From assembly GCA_002633005.1 (NCBI GenBank), contig NMRA01000170.1:712730-776729 (forward strand): a DNA stretch of 64,000 nucleotides, read 5' to 3'. The stretch is from Phoronis australis. Lineage: Eukaryota; Animalia; Phoronida. How positions within the stretch are numbered: the first letter of the stretch is position 1; every line of letters begins with the position of its first letter. Below, piece by piece: positions 28,301 to 37,000 of the stretch. Made by a program: the position numbers and the translations under genes. Below the pieces are notes generated by a model that saw only the letters and a list, made by a program, of their open reading frames with translations, made no database searches and was not told the origin of the DNA.

Positions 28301-30312
28301 ATTTTTGAAGCTTGTTAAATTTCCCTTTACGTTTTGATTTTGGTGACAACCTTGCCTGTTGGTGGTTGCGTTGTATTTTTGTGTTGCCATTGTATTATTG
28401 ATAATTCTAGTGTTCATCCTTACAGTTTGTACGTCTTGGAGTTACATGCCATGCTACAACCTCAAGATATTTCTGAGGAACAAATTCTGGATTTGGACTT
28501 GTTGCATATTGTAAGTACTCAGGCTATTGAACTTTCATTTGCCAGTTGGGGGGCTACATTGGGGATCAAGTGACTACCTTCTGGCTGTTTTTATTGCGAT
28601 GTCTTATGACTACCAACTGTCAGGGTTATGTTGCAGTGGCTTAGTGACTACTAATTGAGGGTTACCTTGGGGTTCTTGGAAGTCTAGTGATTACCAAGTG
28701 TGGGTTACATGGGGGCGATTAGTGGTTTTGTGGCTACCAACTGAGGATTATATTGGAGTGCTTGGTGGTCAAATGAATACCAACTACTAGAGTGTCGTCT
28801 CAGATACCCAACAAAGGTGTGGGCCTATCTTAATGTGTGCAATGATAAATGGTTTGCATAACATTGTCAGTATGTCTTTAGGGTTGTAGGACTGTTGTCC
28901 ATGTTTTTGGCATACAATCATTCTTAGCATTGTCCATTCAGTATCAGTGTACTATTCATATTCTAGTCTTCAAGGGCTCATTTTCAAAGGTACTCAAAGT
29001 CGTAGCCTAGACTATTGTATTTTTTGTTTTTGTCAATTGCTTTTTGAAAGAAGTCATTGAGTTATAAGTCGGTCTCTATGTAGTCAAATTCACTTTCATT
29101 GTTCTTGTAAAAATAGGTTTCCTTGCCAACCGCATTCTTAAAACCATTTTGATTGAGCCTGCAAACTTTGATACAACTGCATGGCCTTTTCCTGCATATT
29201 ATCGGTACCATGTTGTTACACGTTAAGGTTCATCGTTGCTGTGCCTTGTGTGTATGTCACAATTTCATTCATAGGTAAATGATGTATTATTACCTAAAAC
29301 ACGGTTTTTAAATAAACAAATGACTGCTGTGGCGACTGTAACAATAGGTGTCTAATGATTGCTGCTCCCTTCCATTATAGACTCATTCTCCAGGTGATCT
29401 ACTTCTCTTGTGATCTGGTCGTCCACAGTCCTTCCACTGGAGATGCCATAGTTTACCTCAGTCACGTTCCTATAGCAACCTGGGTTATGTCCTTTACCTG
29501 GCCATTTCTACTGATACCTTTGAATCTACTCATTAAGTTCTACGATACCAAGTAAGTCTCAAATGTCATCATCTGACAGCTGTATGTCCACCTCGACTCA
29601 CCATTGAATAACTCTCGATTGTTGCAGTAACACCTGCTTTGCATTGGCATAACTTTTATACAACCGCACTGTGCAGTTTTAATTTAATTGATATGTTGCA
29701 ATGGCAAATTGATTATAAGTTTCTGGTTTTCCTTTAGGGAGCAATCTGCAAAACTAGACAATGTTTCTCTTGATCGAAGTTACACTACTCTACCGTTTTC
29801 TGATGTATTGGCGTTACATTGAACTTCGCTGTTGCTGGATTGTCTTAGTGTAGATTGTGTGCCACCTGTTTACATGTATCTTGATGGAGAGTTCACAGCA
29901 GTCATAAGTAACAGCCAAATTGTGTTCCATCATTGTTAACTTCAGACTACCAGACTGTGAAATTGTGTCAATCAGAAGGTGATTTTCTACTCTCACGTTG
30001 CTTAGAGTTCTATGTGGAATGTGTCCCATTATATCTATAAAAATCATGAAAACTACTGTAATGGTAAGAGTGGGGCACATCAAATTTAGTCACCAAGTTA
30101 ATGTAATGTGCCGTCTTCATTTGAATTTGTTACAGAAACACGAGGTCACGCATCTGTACTAGGTCGATGTTATACCCTGTTGTATGTGTCTTCCATATTT
30201 TCTTGAAATTGCCGTTATTGATCATTTTATCCATTTCAGGTTGATGAGGAGATATCAGAAAAGAGAGCGTCTCAATTTTGGTACTAAGCTGGGCATGAAC
30301 TCGCCATTTTAG
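1135..30312 (+). CDS. TMEM94: TMEM94/KIAA0195 (ERMA), P-type-ATPase-like multipass ER membrane protein; whole gene span, 27 coding exons, ~1375 aa
   Basis: All 26 introns are GT-AG and phase-consistent; exons sum to 4128 nt with no internal stop. Family motifs present: WTYRDGEVVNLPTSLLVKGDVIVLRPGQE, CCVDKKGILS, EKMGLEAGWNCHISL, AKLPKGIENIRPHL..VDNVPLLV, and the C-terminus YQKRERLNFGTKLGMNSPF*. Confidence 0.95.
1790..2165 (+). repeat. ~52-bp tandem repeat overlapping the exon 2 acceptor
   Basis: TTGACTGGT..CTTT.TTGTAG AGATGACTGGCTTGCTG units. Confidence 0.8.
2146..2282 (+). CDS. TMEM94: TMEM94 coding exon 2
   Basis: ttttttgtag|A; DDWLAVEALFILLLLLANIYL...; G|gtaagg. Confidence 0.9.
2930..3535. 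repeat. 21-bp minisatellite (GACAGCACAGTTATTGGAGAG)n
   Basis: Direct tandem periodicity; produces spurious repetitive ORFs. Confidence 0.92.
3901..4097 (+). CDS. TMEM94: TMEM94 coding exon 3 (actuator-like region)
   Basis: ttgcag|; WTYRDGEVVNLPTSLLVKGDVIVLRPGQE; GAG|gtgggt. Confidence 0.93.
4610..4764 (+). CDS. TMEM94: TMEM94 coding exon 4
   Basis: tgacag|NNDTDQSVLHPGEVFAP...VLETPFAASI; CG|gtaagt. Confidence 0.88.
4973..5440 (+). mobile_element. Truncated HINE-like element
   Basis: GTGCCCACATAT..ATGTGGGTACAT palindrome, GTCY tract, same internal unit type. Confidence 0.55.
5445..5557 (+). repeat. 27-bp tandem repeat ending at the exon 5 acceptor
   Basis: ATGACTGATCAAATCTGTGCTGTGTTT, ~4 copies. 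Confidence 0.85.
5558..5750 (+). CDS. TMEM94: TMEM94 coding exon 5
   Basis: tttcag|; KPCSVLENELY...TM helix; CCG|gtatgt. Confidence 0.9.
5826..8311. mobile_element. Older TIR element (hAT-like termini) enclosing the Tigger-like insertion
   Basis: CAAGGCTTGACATTAAC ... GTTAACGTCAAGACATG imperfect inverted ends; no clean TSD. Confidence 0.45.
6109..7066. mobile_element. Non-autonomous Tc1/mariner-pogo (Tigger-like) element
   Basis: Perfect 25-bp TIR CCGTATTCGCCGTAATAACCGCCCA with TA on both sides. Confidence 0.85.
8605..8990 (+). repeat. ~55-bp tandem repeat overlapping the exon 6 acceptor
   Basis: TCCTCAGGTAAAC..TTCCTCTGCC..TGGTCATACCTG, ~7 copies. Confidence 0.88.
8947..9078 (+). CDS. TMEM94: TMEM94 coding exon 6
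   Basis: cctcag|VNSILPLCPLVLPVL...AARV; AAG|gtgagt. Confidence 0.9.
9171..10430 (+). mobile_element. Degenerate HINE-like element
   Basis: T-run start, GGGCATATTG, internal units with CCCCTAGTGGCA and ATGAAATTTGG. Confidence 0.5.
10516..10680 (+). CDS. TMEM94: TMEM94 coding exon 7
   Basis: cacag|KEVDEY...RTANVAHALGHVT|gtaagt. Confidence 0.9.
11167..11329 (+). CDS. TMEM94: TMEM94 coding exon 8 (DKKG motif at the P-type phosphorylation position)
   Basis: gttcag|TLCCVDKKGILSYANPSPEKVFFF; G|gtgagg. Confidence 0.93.
11566..11988. mobile_element. TTAA-flanked MITE (Kolobok-like, GG...CC ends)
   Basis: TTAA|GGTGTTTTTG ... CAAAAGCACC|TTAA. Confidence 0.5.
12040..12095 (+). CDS. TMEM94: TMEM94 coding exon 9
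   Basis: ttccag|; ACSDDSYVEVLDLTHNAK|gtaaca; phase 1->0. Confidence 0.85.
12426..12491 (+). CDS. TMEM94: TMEM94 coding exon 10
   Basis: tgcag|NAFGVQFDDPSFQKYLTSLKPL|gtaaga. Confidence 0.9.
13315..13580 (+). repeat. ~89-bp triplication ending at the exon 11 acceptor
   Basis: TTGTTCATGTAC at ~13326, 13415 and 13503. Confidence 0.8.
13560..13681 (+). CDS. TMEM94: TMEM94 coding exon 11
   Basis: gcgcag|GLNILLNTCN...AVVNR; AG|gtttgt. Confidence 0.9.
14330..14690 (+). repeat. Degenerate ~40-bp AT-rich tandem repeat before exon 12
   Basis: Recurrent TGTCATCTTAACATTCC..TATATCTCAGTA. Confidence 0.65.
14687..14780 (+). CDS. TMEM94: TMEM94 coding exon 12
   Basis: atttag|; CLCSLAREIGFT...YQHV|gtatga. 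Confidence 0.92.
15420..15940 (+). repeat. ~56-bp tandem repeat copying the exon 13 acceptor and exon start
   Basis: TTGTTCTAGAGTGACAGGAGTGCCCATCAGTTCACC units versus the real CTGTTCCAG|AGTGAGAAGAGTTCCCATCAGTTCACC. Confidence 0.82.
15902..16001 (+). CDS. TMEM94: TMEM94 coding exon 13
   Basis: ttccag|SEKSSHQF...KHRVPMPNIMSVLQQDTSA; G|gtattt. Confidence 0.85.
16283..16490. repeat. 18-bp minisatellite (CCAGGTTTGGTCACTGAC)n
   Basis: About 10 tandem units. Confidence 0.92.
16787..16889 (+). CDS. TMEM94: TMEM94 coding exon 14
   Basis: ttccag|; LFSQGTADILLECCSDFWNGSEILPL; AG|gtaact. Confidence 0.92.
17307..17465 (+). CDS. TMEM94: TMEM94 coding exon 15
   Basis: tttcag|; KKILDFYHRTSMSSYCTAYAYRP; AG|gtattt. 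Confidence 0.92.
18279..18459 (+). CDS. TMEM94: TMEM94 coding exon 16
   Basis: tttcag|; ...QVFIGMVTMQYQTKQ|gtatca. Confidence 0.9.
18510..18822. repeat. ~30-bp minisatellite (GTGTCTGTGGGTAGGCGTCATTCCATCCGT)n
   Basis: Tandem periodicity downstream of exon 16. Confidence 0.88.
19325..19408 (+). CDS. TMEM94: TMEM94 coding exon 17
   Basis: ttgtag|DMIQMIDGLEKACIRFVHFSNENELRSR|gtaagt. Confidence 0.93.
19690..20215. repeat. ~32-bp minisatellite (CTGTACTGCACCAATCATGGGTCTCAAGAGCC)n
   Basis: Tandem units decaying toward exon 18. Confidence 0.85.
20262..20825 (+). CDS. TMEM94: TMEM94 coding exon 18 (564 nt, includes a long low-complexity loop)
   Basis: ctccag|VFSEKMGLEAGWNCHISL...LDTLNR|gtaagt. Confidence 0.9.
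20790..21170 (+). repeat. 39-bp tandem repeat overlapping the exon 18 donor
   Basis: TTAGATACTCTTAATAGA|GTAAGTGACTGA, ~10 copies. Confidence 0.9.
21602..21701 (+). CDS. TMEM94: TMEM94 coding exon 19
   Basis: ttacag|AKLPKGIENIRPHLDLVDNVPLLVSLFTDCTSE; A|gtaagc. Confidence 0.94.
22410..22590. repeat. ~17-bp minisatellite (GGGATAACAGCAATGTT)n
   Basis: Tandem periodicity. Confidence 0.8.
23130..23238 (+). CDS. TMEM94: TMEM94 coding exon 20
   Basis: ttgcag|; EMIRIMQEHGEVVCCIGS...FVQADV; AG|gtgaga. Confidence 0.94.
24317..24491 (+). CDS. TMEM94: TMEM94 coding exon 21
   Basis: ttccag|; FALTPLFPHVC...LELICE|gtacat. Confidence 0.9.
25678..25923 (+). CDS. TMEM94: TMEM94 coding exon 22
   Basis: acctag|ARHLMASMRNSLLLMFSC...LWLCCFVVPLLSL...GKN; AAG|gtttgt. 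Confidence 0.92.
26715..26863 (+). CDS. TMEM94: TMEM94 coding exon 23
   Basis: tttgcag|YVGQYLKSYIFRFLPSSAVCLICFGLTL...; AT|gtgagc. Confidence 0.88.
26835..27065 (+). repeat. ~38-bp tandem repeat overlapping the exon 23 donor
   Basis: ATGTCATG(C/T)CCTCT.TGGTGCAAT|GTGAG..CTAA units. Confidence 0.8.
27504..27604 (+). CDS. TMEM94: TMEM94 coding exon 24
   Basis: tttcag|; NSSDSHWNGW...LAQNWLVFQLLLYF; A|gtacgt. Confidence 0.88.
28426..28510 (+). CDS. TMEM94: TMEM94 coding exon 25 (an alternative in-frame acceptor lies 15 nt upstream)
   Basis: cttacag|; CTSWSYMPCYNLKIFLRNKFWIWTCCI; TT|gtaagt. Confidence 0.8.
28550..28790. repeat. Degenerate ~40-bp minisatellite after exon 25
   Basis: Recurrent GTGACTACCAACTG..GGTTA. 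Confidence 0.65.
29381..29551 (+). CDS. TMEM94: TMEM94 coding exon 26
   Basis: ttatag|; LILQVIYF...WPFLLIPLNLLIKFYDT; AA|gtaagt. Confidence 0.9.
30240..30312 (+). CDS. TMEM94: TMEM94 last coding exon
   Basis: tttcag|; LMRRYQKRERLNFGTKLGMNSPF*; stop TAG at 30310-30312. Confidence 0.95.
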
Positions 30313-30886
30313 ACATTTAAGTAACACGAGTCTGATATTGAGAACATATAATACATGGAAAGGAAACAGGTTGTTTTGCCCTTTCCGTTTGTACCAAGAT
30401 CTGCATTTTGTTGGCGACCTGTTGTCACAGTCAGAGTTCAAACTTTATTGACTTGTCAGTGATCCCTATTGAACATGTCCATGTTTTACAATTCAGTGAT
30501 CATGCGTAATTTGTGCTGTTAAGTAAAATGTCGTGTTTCATTGAACTGTCTACCTTATGTAGATATGGCAACAAGCCATACTGGGTCTGGCACCCTGGAT
30601 GGCAATCTCTACCTCCATAAATCCAGGATAATTTTTAAAAAATAACATTCATTATTCTTCTCTGGTGCTATGCTATGGGACCATATAGATTATGATGCCA
30701 GGTAGAGTAAATCTATAGTTATCTGTAAATCCAGGTACCTTATTTAATTGTATTGTCCCTCAGTTTTGTTAACCAAGTTTATACATTTCAATTTTCTCTT
30801 ATACCACTGTGTTAGTCAAATTTTGACAATTTCTTTCTTATCCAGACCCAATGGGAAAACAGTTCTAATAGGTTTTATCTTGCATA

Positions 30887-30892
30887 AATAAA
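30887..30892 (+). terminator. Candidate polyadenylation signal AATAAA for TMEM94 (second candidate at 31172-31177)
   Basis: AATAAA ~575 nt after the stop, followed by T-rich sequence. Confidence 0.4.
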
Positions 30893-32873
30893 ACTTGCTA
30901 TTACGCTTCTTCATTTCTTGACATCAGCATTTTAAGCCAACTGTTTTACTCAGAGGTTTTGCTAGCTTTGCATTTATATGCATGCTTTTCAAGGCATAAT
31001 TATTATTAAAGAAGCTTCACATGAGAGAGAACCTTCAAATGTCCCAAGGACAAATGTTATTTGCCAATTTATTACTGTCATAAATATTTGTTTTAATTAT
31101 TTAGTTTGTTTATTCCTGACTTCTGATTGGCTAAAGAATTATAACGGTCATAATTCAGAAATTGTGATAGCAATAAATTGGACTTATGTTGCACTTTGCC
31201 ATTAAGAAACGGTAATCGTTAACAAAAACACTTTTCATGACAAACAGGCAGGTGCAAAATACATTTACTGGGACATAGCAGTCAGATTCAACCCAAAATG
31301 AACATCAGCCACACTTCCCTCACTCTTCTAACGAGATGTGGAAATTGGTGTAAAAAATAAACTTGACACAACAGCTGGTACCTATAGGAGCAGTGTGACC
31401 TATTGGGTTCACTAGGTCGAAGGTTTAAATCTCGCTTTACACCACTGAGAGATCCTTGAGTCAGGTTTCTAGCTCCTCAGCTGAATGTTTAAGTGTATAT
31501 TAATAAACGAAATTGATTTCAGGAATTTGGTGCAATGGGCAGCCTGCGCACATCAGATATAGCGGGTATCATATCACATACTAAAAAGTTTTAAAGTGGC
31601 CACAAGGTGGCACAAAATACGTTAAAACCGTCCGAAAATTGAAAGGCATTGCCAAATTTCATGAAACCCACCAAGGGTCTCGAAAGATGCAAAGGCAAAA
31701 TGTAAAAACTTAAATTGCCACTAGGGGCAGAGCTGTAGTTGCATGAGCCCGAAATAGGTCGTCGTGTGCTTCATACATACACATATGCTATATCTCATTA
31801 AGATCCTGCAAGGCATTTTACAAGATACAGCAGCGAACACCAGACAACCACCTTCATTTTGTACACTTCTGAAAGTGGTGATAATTGTCAATGGTCCCCA
31901 AGCTGTCTGAATCGAGTTTGTGCTATATTCCTGTTGAGTAACACTGAACGACATGGACAGTGGGTATTACCAACCACAACTCACTATTTGTCGGATCATT
32001 GCAACAAGTTAGTTATTCATTTACTGCAGGCTGAATGTGAACAATCAACACTTTACACACCAAAGTGTCTGTCAAGTACATTGTGAAGTTCATTTATTCA
32101 ACACAAAATGAATGTAAAGCTAAAAAACTTGTAAATTACCAAAAACTTTTAAAAAATTAATATAAAACATGACAGGCATGCACATTTCACCCAGGGCCTC
32201 CTCTCGTAGAGGTATATGCCAATAAAACTGCTGTGATTGTCAATTTCTTTACTGAACACCAACACTTGTTCAGTCTGCCTGGTCAGATTTAACGCCTTTC
32301 TCACAAACTTTATACTGAGAAAAACGGTTGTAGCTTTGACAAATTTGCGTCAAGCTTAAAAATAAAAACACTATTGTTGATGGTTTAAGTTAGCTGTTTT
32401 TTCATCAAAATGTTGATAAATTGTGTTTTCTACAGACACACCCCTCGTAGTGCTAGTCGATACTACATAACAGAGTTATGCAATAAGCTATACACGTGTC
32501 TGTCTCGATGTCAGTCCATCGCTAATAGCTGTCCCACTTAGGGTACCCCAACTTGAGGACTACATAGAGTTCAGAGCCTGGGTGAAATGCAAATGACCAT
32601 CACCCCAACATCCACTCTAAATAATAAACAATATAAAATTGAATATGGAAGACAATGTGAAGCTGAGGTATGTACAGAAGCGGATTAGGAATGTATCATA
32701 GTCCTATGCCTGTGATTGAGCTATAATGGCATGATGTTTGTGAACACACTAAGAACTACAAATGCACTGAAATGAAATGTACAAGTGTTTCAAAACCAAA
32801 TGTTGGTCATGATCTCTTAAGTTACTAAAATACAAATCTCCAATTGTCTTAGAGACAACATTAGAGAAGCTAA

Positions 32874-33689
32874 GGGCTGTTCCAGCAAAATATGTATGGG
32901 AGGGGGGAAGGCACTTTTATTTCGTACCCACCGCCCATATATTTCATTTATTTCTTCAACCCATGACCCATAATTTTTTAATTATTTTTAATAGGTTAAA
33001 ATATAAAATCCAACACTTGCAAACAAATTGCCTCCAGGAGGACCTGTTAAGAACTTAGATGATTGACAGACAAGAACTAGTTGTCTTGTCCAATATTGTC
33101 AAAAACTAAAGTAGCCTGTGAGCAATACTTTTGGCAGCCACCAGGTGTCTCTGTTCACCATGTGTCTATAATTTCAATGAACATTTTTTCATTTATAAGG
33201 ATCTATGAATCTCAAACTGTCTCCACGAACTCTTCTATACTTCTATGTCAAGTGAATATTGGAACTTGTTTATCTTACTCCTCATACTTTTTATTTAAAA
33301 ATCATCAATTTTCTTATATGTGTTAACACCAGTTCAGTGTTGCATAACTTTTCAATTCAATAGGACTGCAGACAAACAGTTGGCTCAAATCAAGTTGCCC
33401 ATGACTTGATTAATGGCTTAGTGAACATATTGCACTCTGTTCACTGGCAATATGGGCTTTTTTGTATTTGGATAAGTTAGGACAGTTGCATTTTTTTGAG
33501 TTTTTACGGCTGAAGTAACCAACCTATGGACATTAACAGGTGAAAAAATACCACCCATTTTTAATGCATCACTTCTTACAGGAACGACCACCCATAATTT
33601 GAGTTTTTTTCTGAAGACCACCACCCATGAATTTTTATTTCTACTGCCGTCCCCCCCCCCCTCCCACACGGATTTTACTGGAACAGCCC
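32874..33689. mobile_element. PIF/Harbinger (Tourist-like) MITE
   Basis: ~33-bp imperfect TIR GGGCTGTTCCAG(C/T)AAAAT..GT.TGGGAGGGGGG with TAA TSD on both sides. Confidence 0.85.
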
Positions 33690-33963
33690 TAAACTATTTA
33701 AACAACTAGAACTTTGTTCATTTAACAAAAATAATACCCAAATATTTTCTATGTGTTAAGTAAAAGCACCATGTCTCTATTACATAGACTACCAGTGAGA
33801 GTACACCTATCTCTCCCAGTCATATATATGAGTACCAGAGCATGTCTCCACAACTCGGTGTTAAATAAAAAGCACTAGAGCATACCCGTCTCTCCTACGC
33901 ATATATTACAAGGATACATATCTCTGTAACAGTGATCTATATATAGAGCATACCGAGCACGTG

Positions 33964-34060
33964 TTACACTTGTATGGGATCTGTGTACTCTGTGGAATGG
34001 AAACGGTTAGTAACCTCCTTGAAAGGTGACTGGAACACAACTGGCTCCTCATCAGCAAGA
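33964..34060 (-). CDS. Novel receptor last coding exon
   Basis: ttactttacag|; LADEEPVVFQSPFKEVTNRFHSTEYTDPIQV*. Confidence 0.72.
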
Positions 34061-37000
34061 CTGTAAAGTAAATAATGAAAGACACAATTTTATCACAAAA
34101 TTTATCTCATCCAAAGGAGCTGGAATGGTATCAAAGGCTACATTTTGTGGAGAGTAAACATTGTACAACGAGTTCTAGTAAAAGTTATACAAGCGAGGCA
34201 CAAGTGAGACATGCACTAGTGGGACACGCACATGTGGACGAGCACATGTGACTGGCATACATGTGGGCCATGCACATGTGGGGCAAGCACACATGAGACT
34301 GACATATGCATGTGGGTCATGCACATGAGGGGCAAGCACAAGTGACCGGCATACACATGTGGGCCATGCCTATGTGGAGGAAGCACGCATGGGACTGGCA
34401 TATGCATGTGGGACAAACACATGAGGGGCATATACATGTGGGCCATGCACGTGTGAGCCATGCACGCATGGGACATGCACCTGTGGAGGAACCATACTTG
34501 GGACATGCAAACGTGGGGCATACACAGGTGGGACAAGCAGAAGTCGCATGTTTGCTTAACGCTGACAAAAGTGAGCAGTACCGAATTGCTGAAATGCTAT
34601 TCAGTTTTTTGCGTGGCGTGCAATTTCAAAAGTACCAAAGTGGCTAACTGAAAAGTCAAAGCCGGCAAATCCTGCAATGTGCATATTCATCACCTTTACC
34701 AGAAGGCTTTACAAAGCTAAACTGACTTTCCCAACTTGATTCAAACCTATCTTTCTACCGTGTTTTCTTTTTTTCTCTGGTGTTTCCATTGAGTTTGTTT
34801 TCCTCGCATTCCATTTTACGGACCATTGACAGAGGAAAATAAACGCTCATTATTTCATTATTTCCTCAAGTCAAATACTTAAAAAGTAATGTAATGAGAA
34901 CCAATCAACAATGAGACAACAAGTCAAGACAATTGTATTGTCCACCAGGTCTCACATATGGCTTTGATATTGTCAGTCTGGCTTCATTAAAATTTTGCTT
35001 TTGGAAGACCAATAATTCTTGCAGCAATGTTACAGTGAAAAAACAAGCACAAAATCTGATAAGACAACCACCGGTACTTAAATTTTTCCAACAACAATTT
35101 TCTGATGCCGTAAGCCTAGGTCTTGTGATAAATGTGGTACGCGTGGATGAAGAATTGAAAGCTGTCATGTAAATTGACAGGGTTGGCAGGTTTGCAAAAG
35201 ATCTATAGGACTTAAGTCATTTACTTCGAGTCACCTCAACAAGGCTTTGCTTCCATGCGCAGTCCCCGTTTCAACAAAACGCACCACAGCACAGCACAAA
35301 GTCACCGCAAGCACAAGGCAGCAAAAAAAACAGGCAAAGTGGGCAGTAAACCAGCAAAACACTGGAGAGGGAGGTCGTTCTGACATCATAGAGCAGGATG
35401 ACTGACGACCTTACACAAATGAATCCTTTTACAACAAACCTGGTATTAATAAGATTTGCTCGATAACGTGCATATCCCTTTCTACATTTCTTTTTGATGA
35501 ACACAGACAAAAAGTTAGCACAGTTCAAAGTGCCAGTGAGCACTGACTCCTTCTGTGCACAGCTAGCAGACACGTGATTTGATGCAGACAGCTGGCAATA
35601 TGGGTCCACGTGCCTGTGTTTCATGCAATCATTCACTTGCACAGTAGTTATAGTGCAATTATAGAACATAAAATTATGCATTGCACAGATATGCTAATGT
35701 TTTCACTACTATTACTGTTACAACTTTTTGTTTTCTCTAAAAGGATATTGATTATAGTAAACTTTGGCTAGAACAAACAATTTAGGCAGGTCCCAGAAGG
35801 TTCGTTGTAAAGAGGTTGGATTGTACTGGAGATGGCAGGCATGCGCTTGGGAGGCGAGCTTGCATTATCATGCAGTGACCAGCAAAAACATTCGGGAGGC
35901 GGGCTTTTATGACCAAGCAGGAAGATTGGTAGAATGACATTAACTTACCAATTATATGTAACTGACAGGAAGACTACAACAGACAGGCAGAATTAAGAAA
36001 CATGAAAAAATGAGACATACAAATTACATTAAAGCTTCACAAACTGCATGCTCAGGTCCGCAGACGAATAAATGCCACAGAATAGATGTTTGCTCATTTT
36101 TATCAAAAAAACCTTATACAATCTGAAAATTTTGTATATTATGTAGTTGGAATAATTAGTTTATATTTTTTGTGTAGCATCCTGAACTTTTAGTGAATAA
36201 ACATGACTGTATCACTAAACAGCACCAAAGGTTCAATATAAAGATGTATATTTTGAATGAAAGACTGAATATTAATTCTCCACAGCAAATGTGAGTAATC
36301 CATATTGTAAAATCTTTGTCTTTATTAGATAGCAATCTTTTGAACCACTGAAACTATTTCTTTGTTGATTTAATTGGTCATTCATATAATGCCGACCTCT
36401 CTGGTTCATTTCCTTTTCTGTAACTAATATCACCTTGACATTACAAGTTAATTAGATGGCCAATTAGTACATGAAGGGCTTCAATATTACTCTATGTTAT
36501 GTTCCACACTCTTGGACACTGAAAAGAGAAGGGTTAAGGTCGAATATGGGCATACTTAAATAATTCTGCTATTGAGTGTATTGTGGTGACTGACCTGTCA
36601 CAAAACTGTGGCTTACAGACATTAGTCAATTGAGTTTGTGTATTGTGGTGACTGACCTGTCACAAAACTGTGGCTTACCGATATTAGTCAATATTGAGTT
36701 TGTGTATTATGGCGTATATTGTAGAGACTGGCCCATCACCAAACTGTGGGTAATAGAAAATAGTAATCATTTTGACAGAAACCAATTACCATGTTTAGCT
36801 CAGCTGAGCACAGCCTAACAATAGTCATGGTTTCTGATGCAGGGCGTTCAATGAACCACTAATAATGTCGTACCAGAACTTTTCCCTGAATTTAACCAGC
36901 AGAATGTGTGGAATGAAAGATCAATTATACTAATGTCCCGAATACCTCGCATATTTTCCCACACTTGAACCCCTGGAGGTCAATGTTACCGGTGTGCATG

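Noticed and set aside
31375-31510. tRNA-like A/B boxes
   Set aside because: No cloverleaf; at most a decayed tRNA-derived SINE.
34216-34651. His/Cys/Met-rich ORFs resembling metal-binding proteins
   Set aside because: Translations of the 15-bp CACATGTG minisatellite on both strands.
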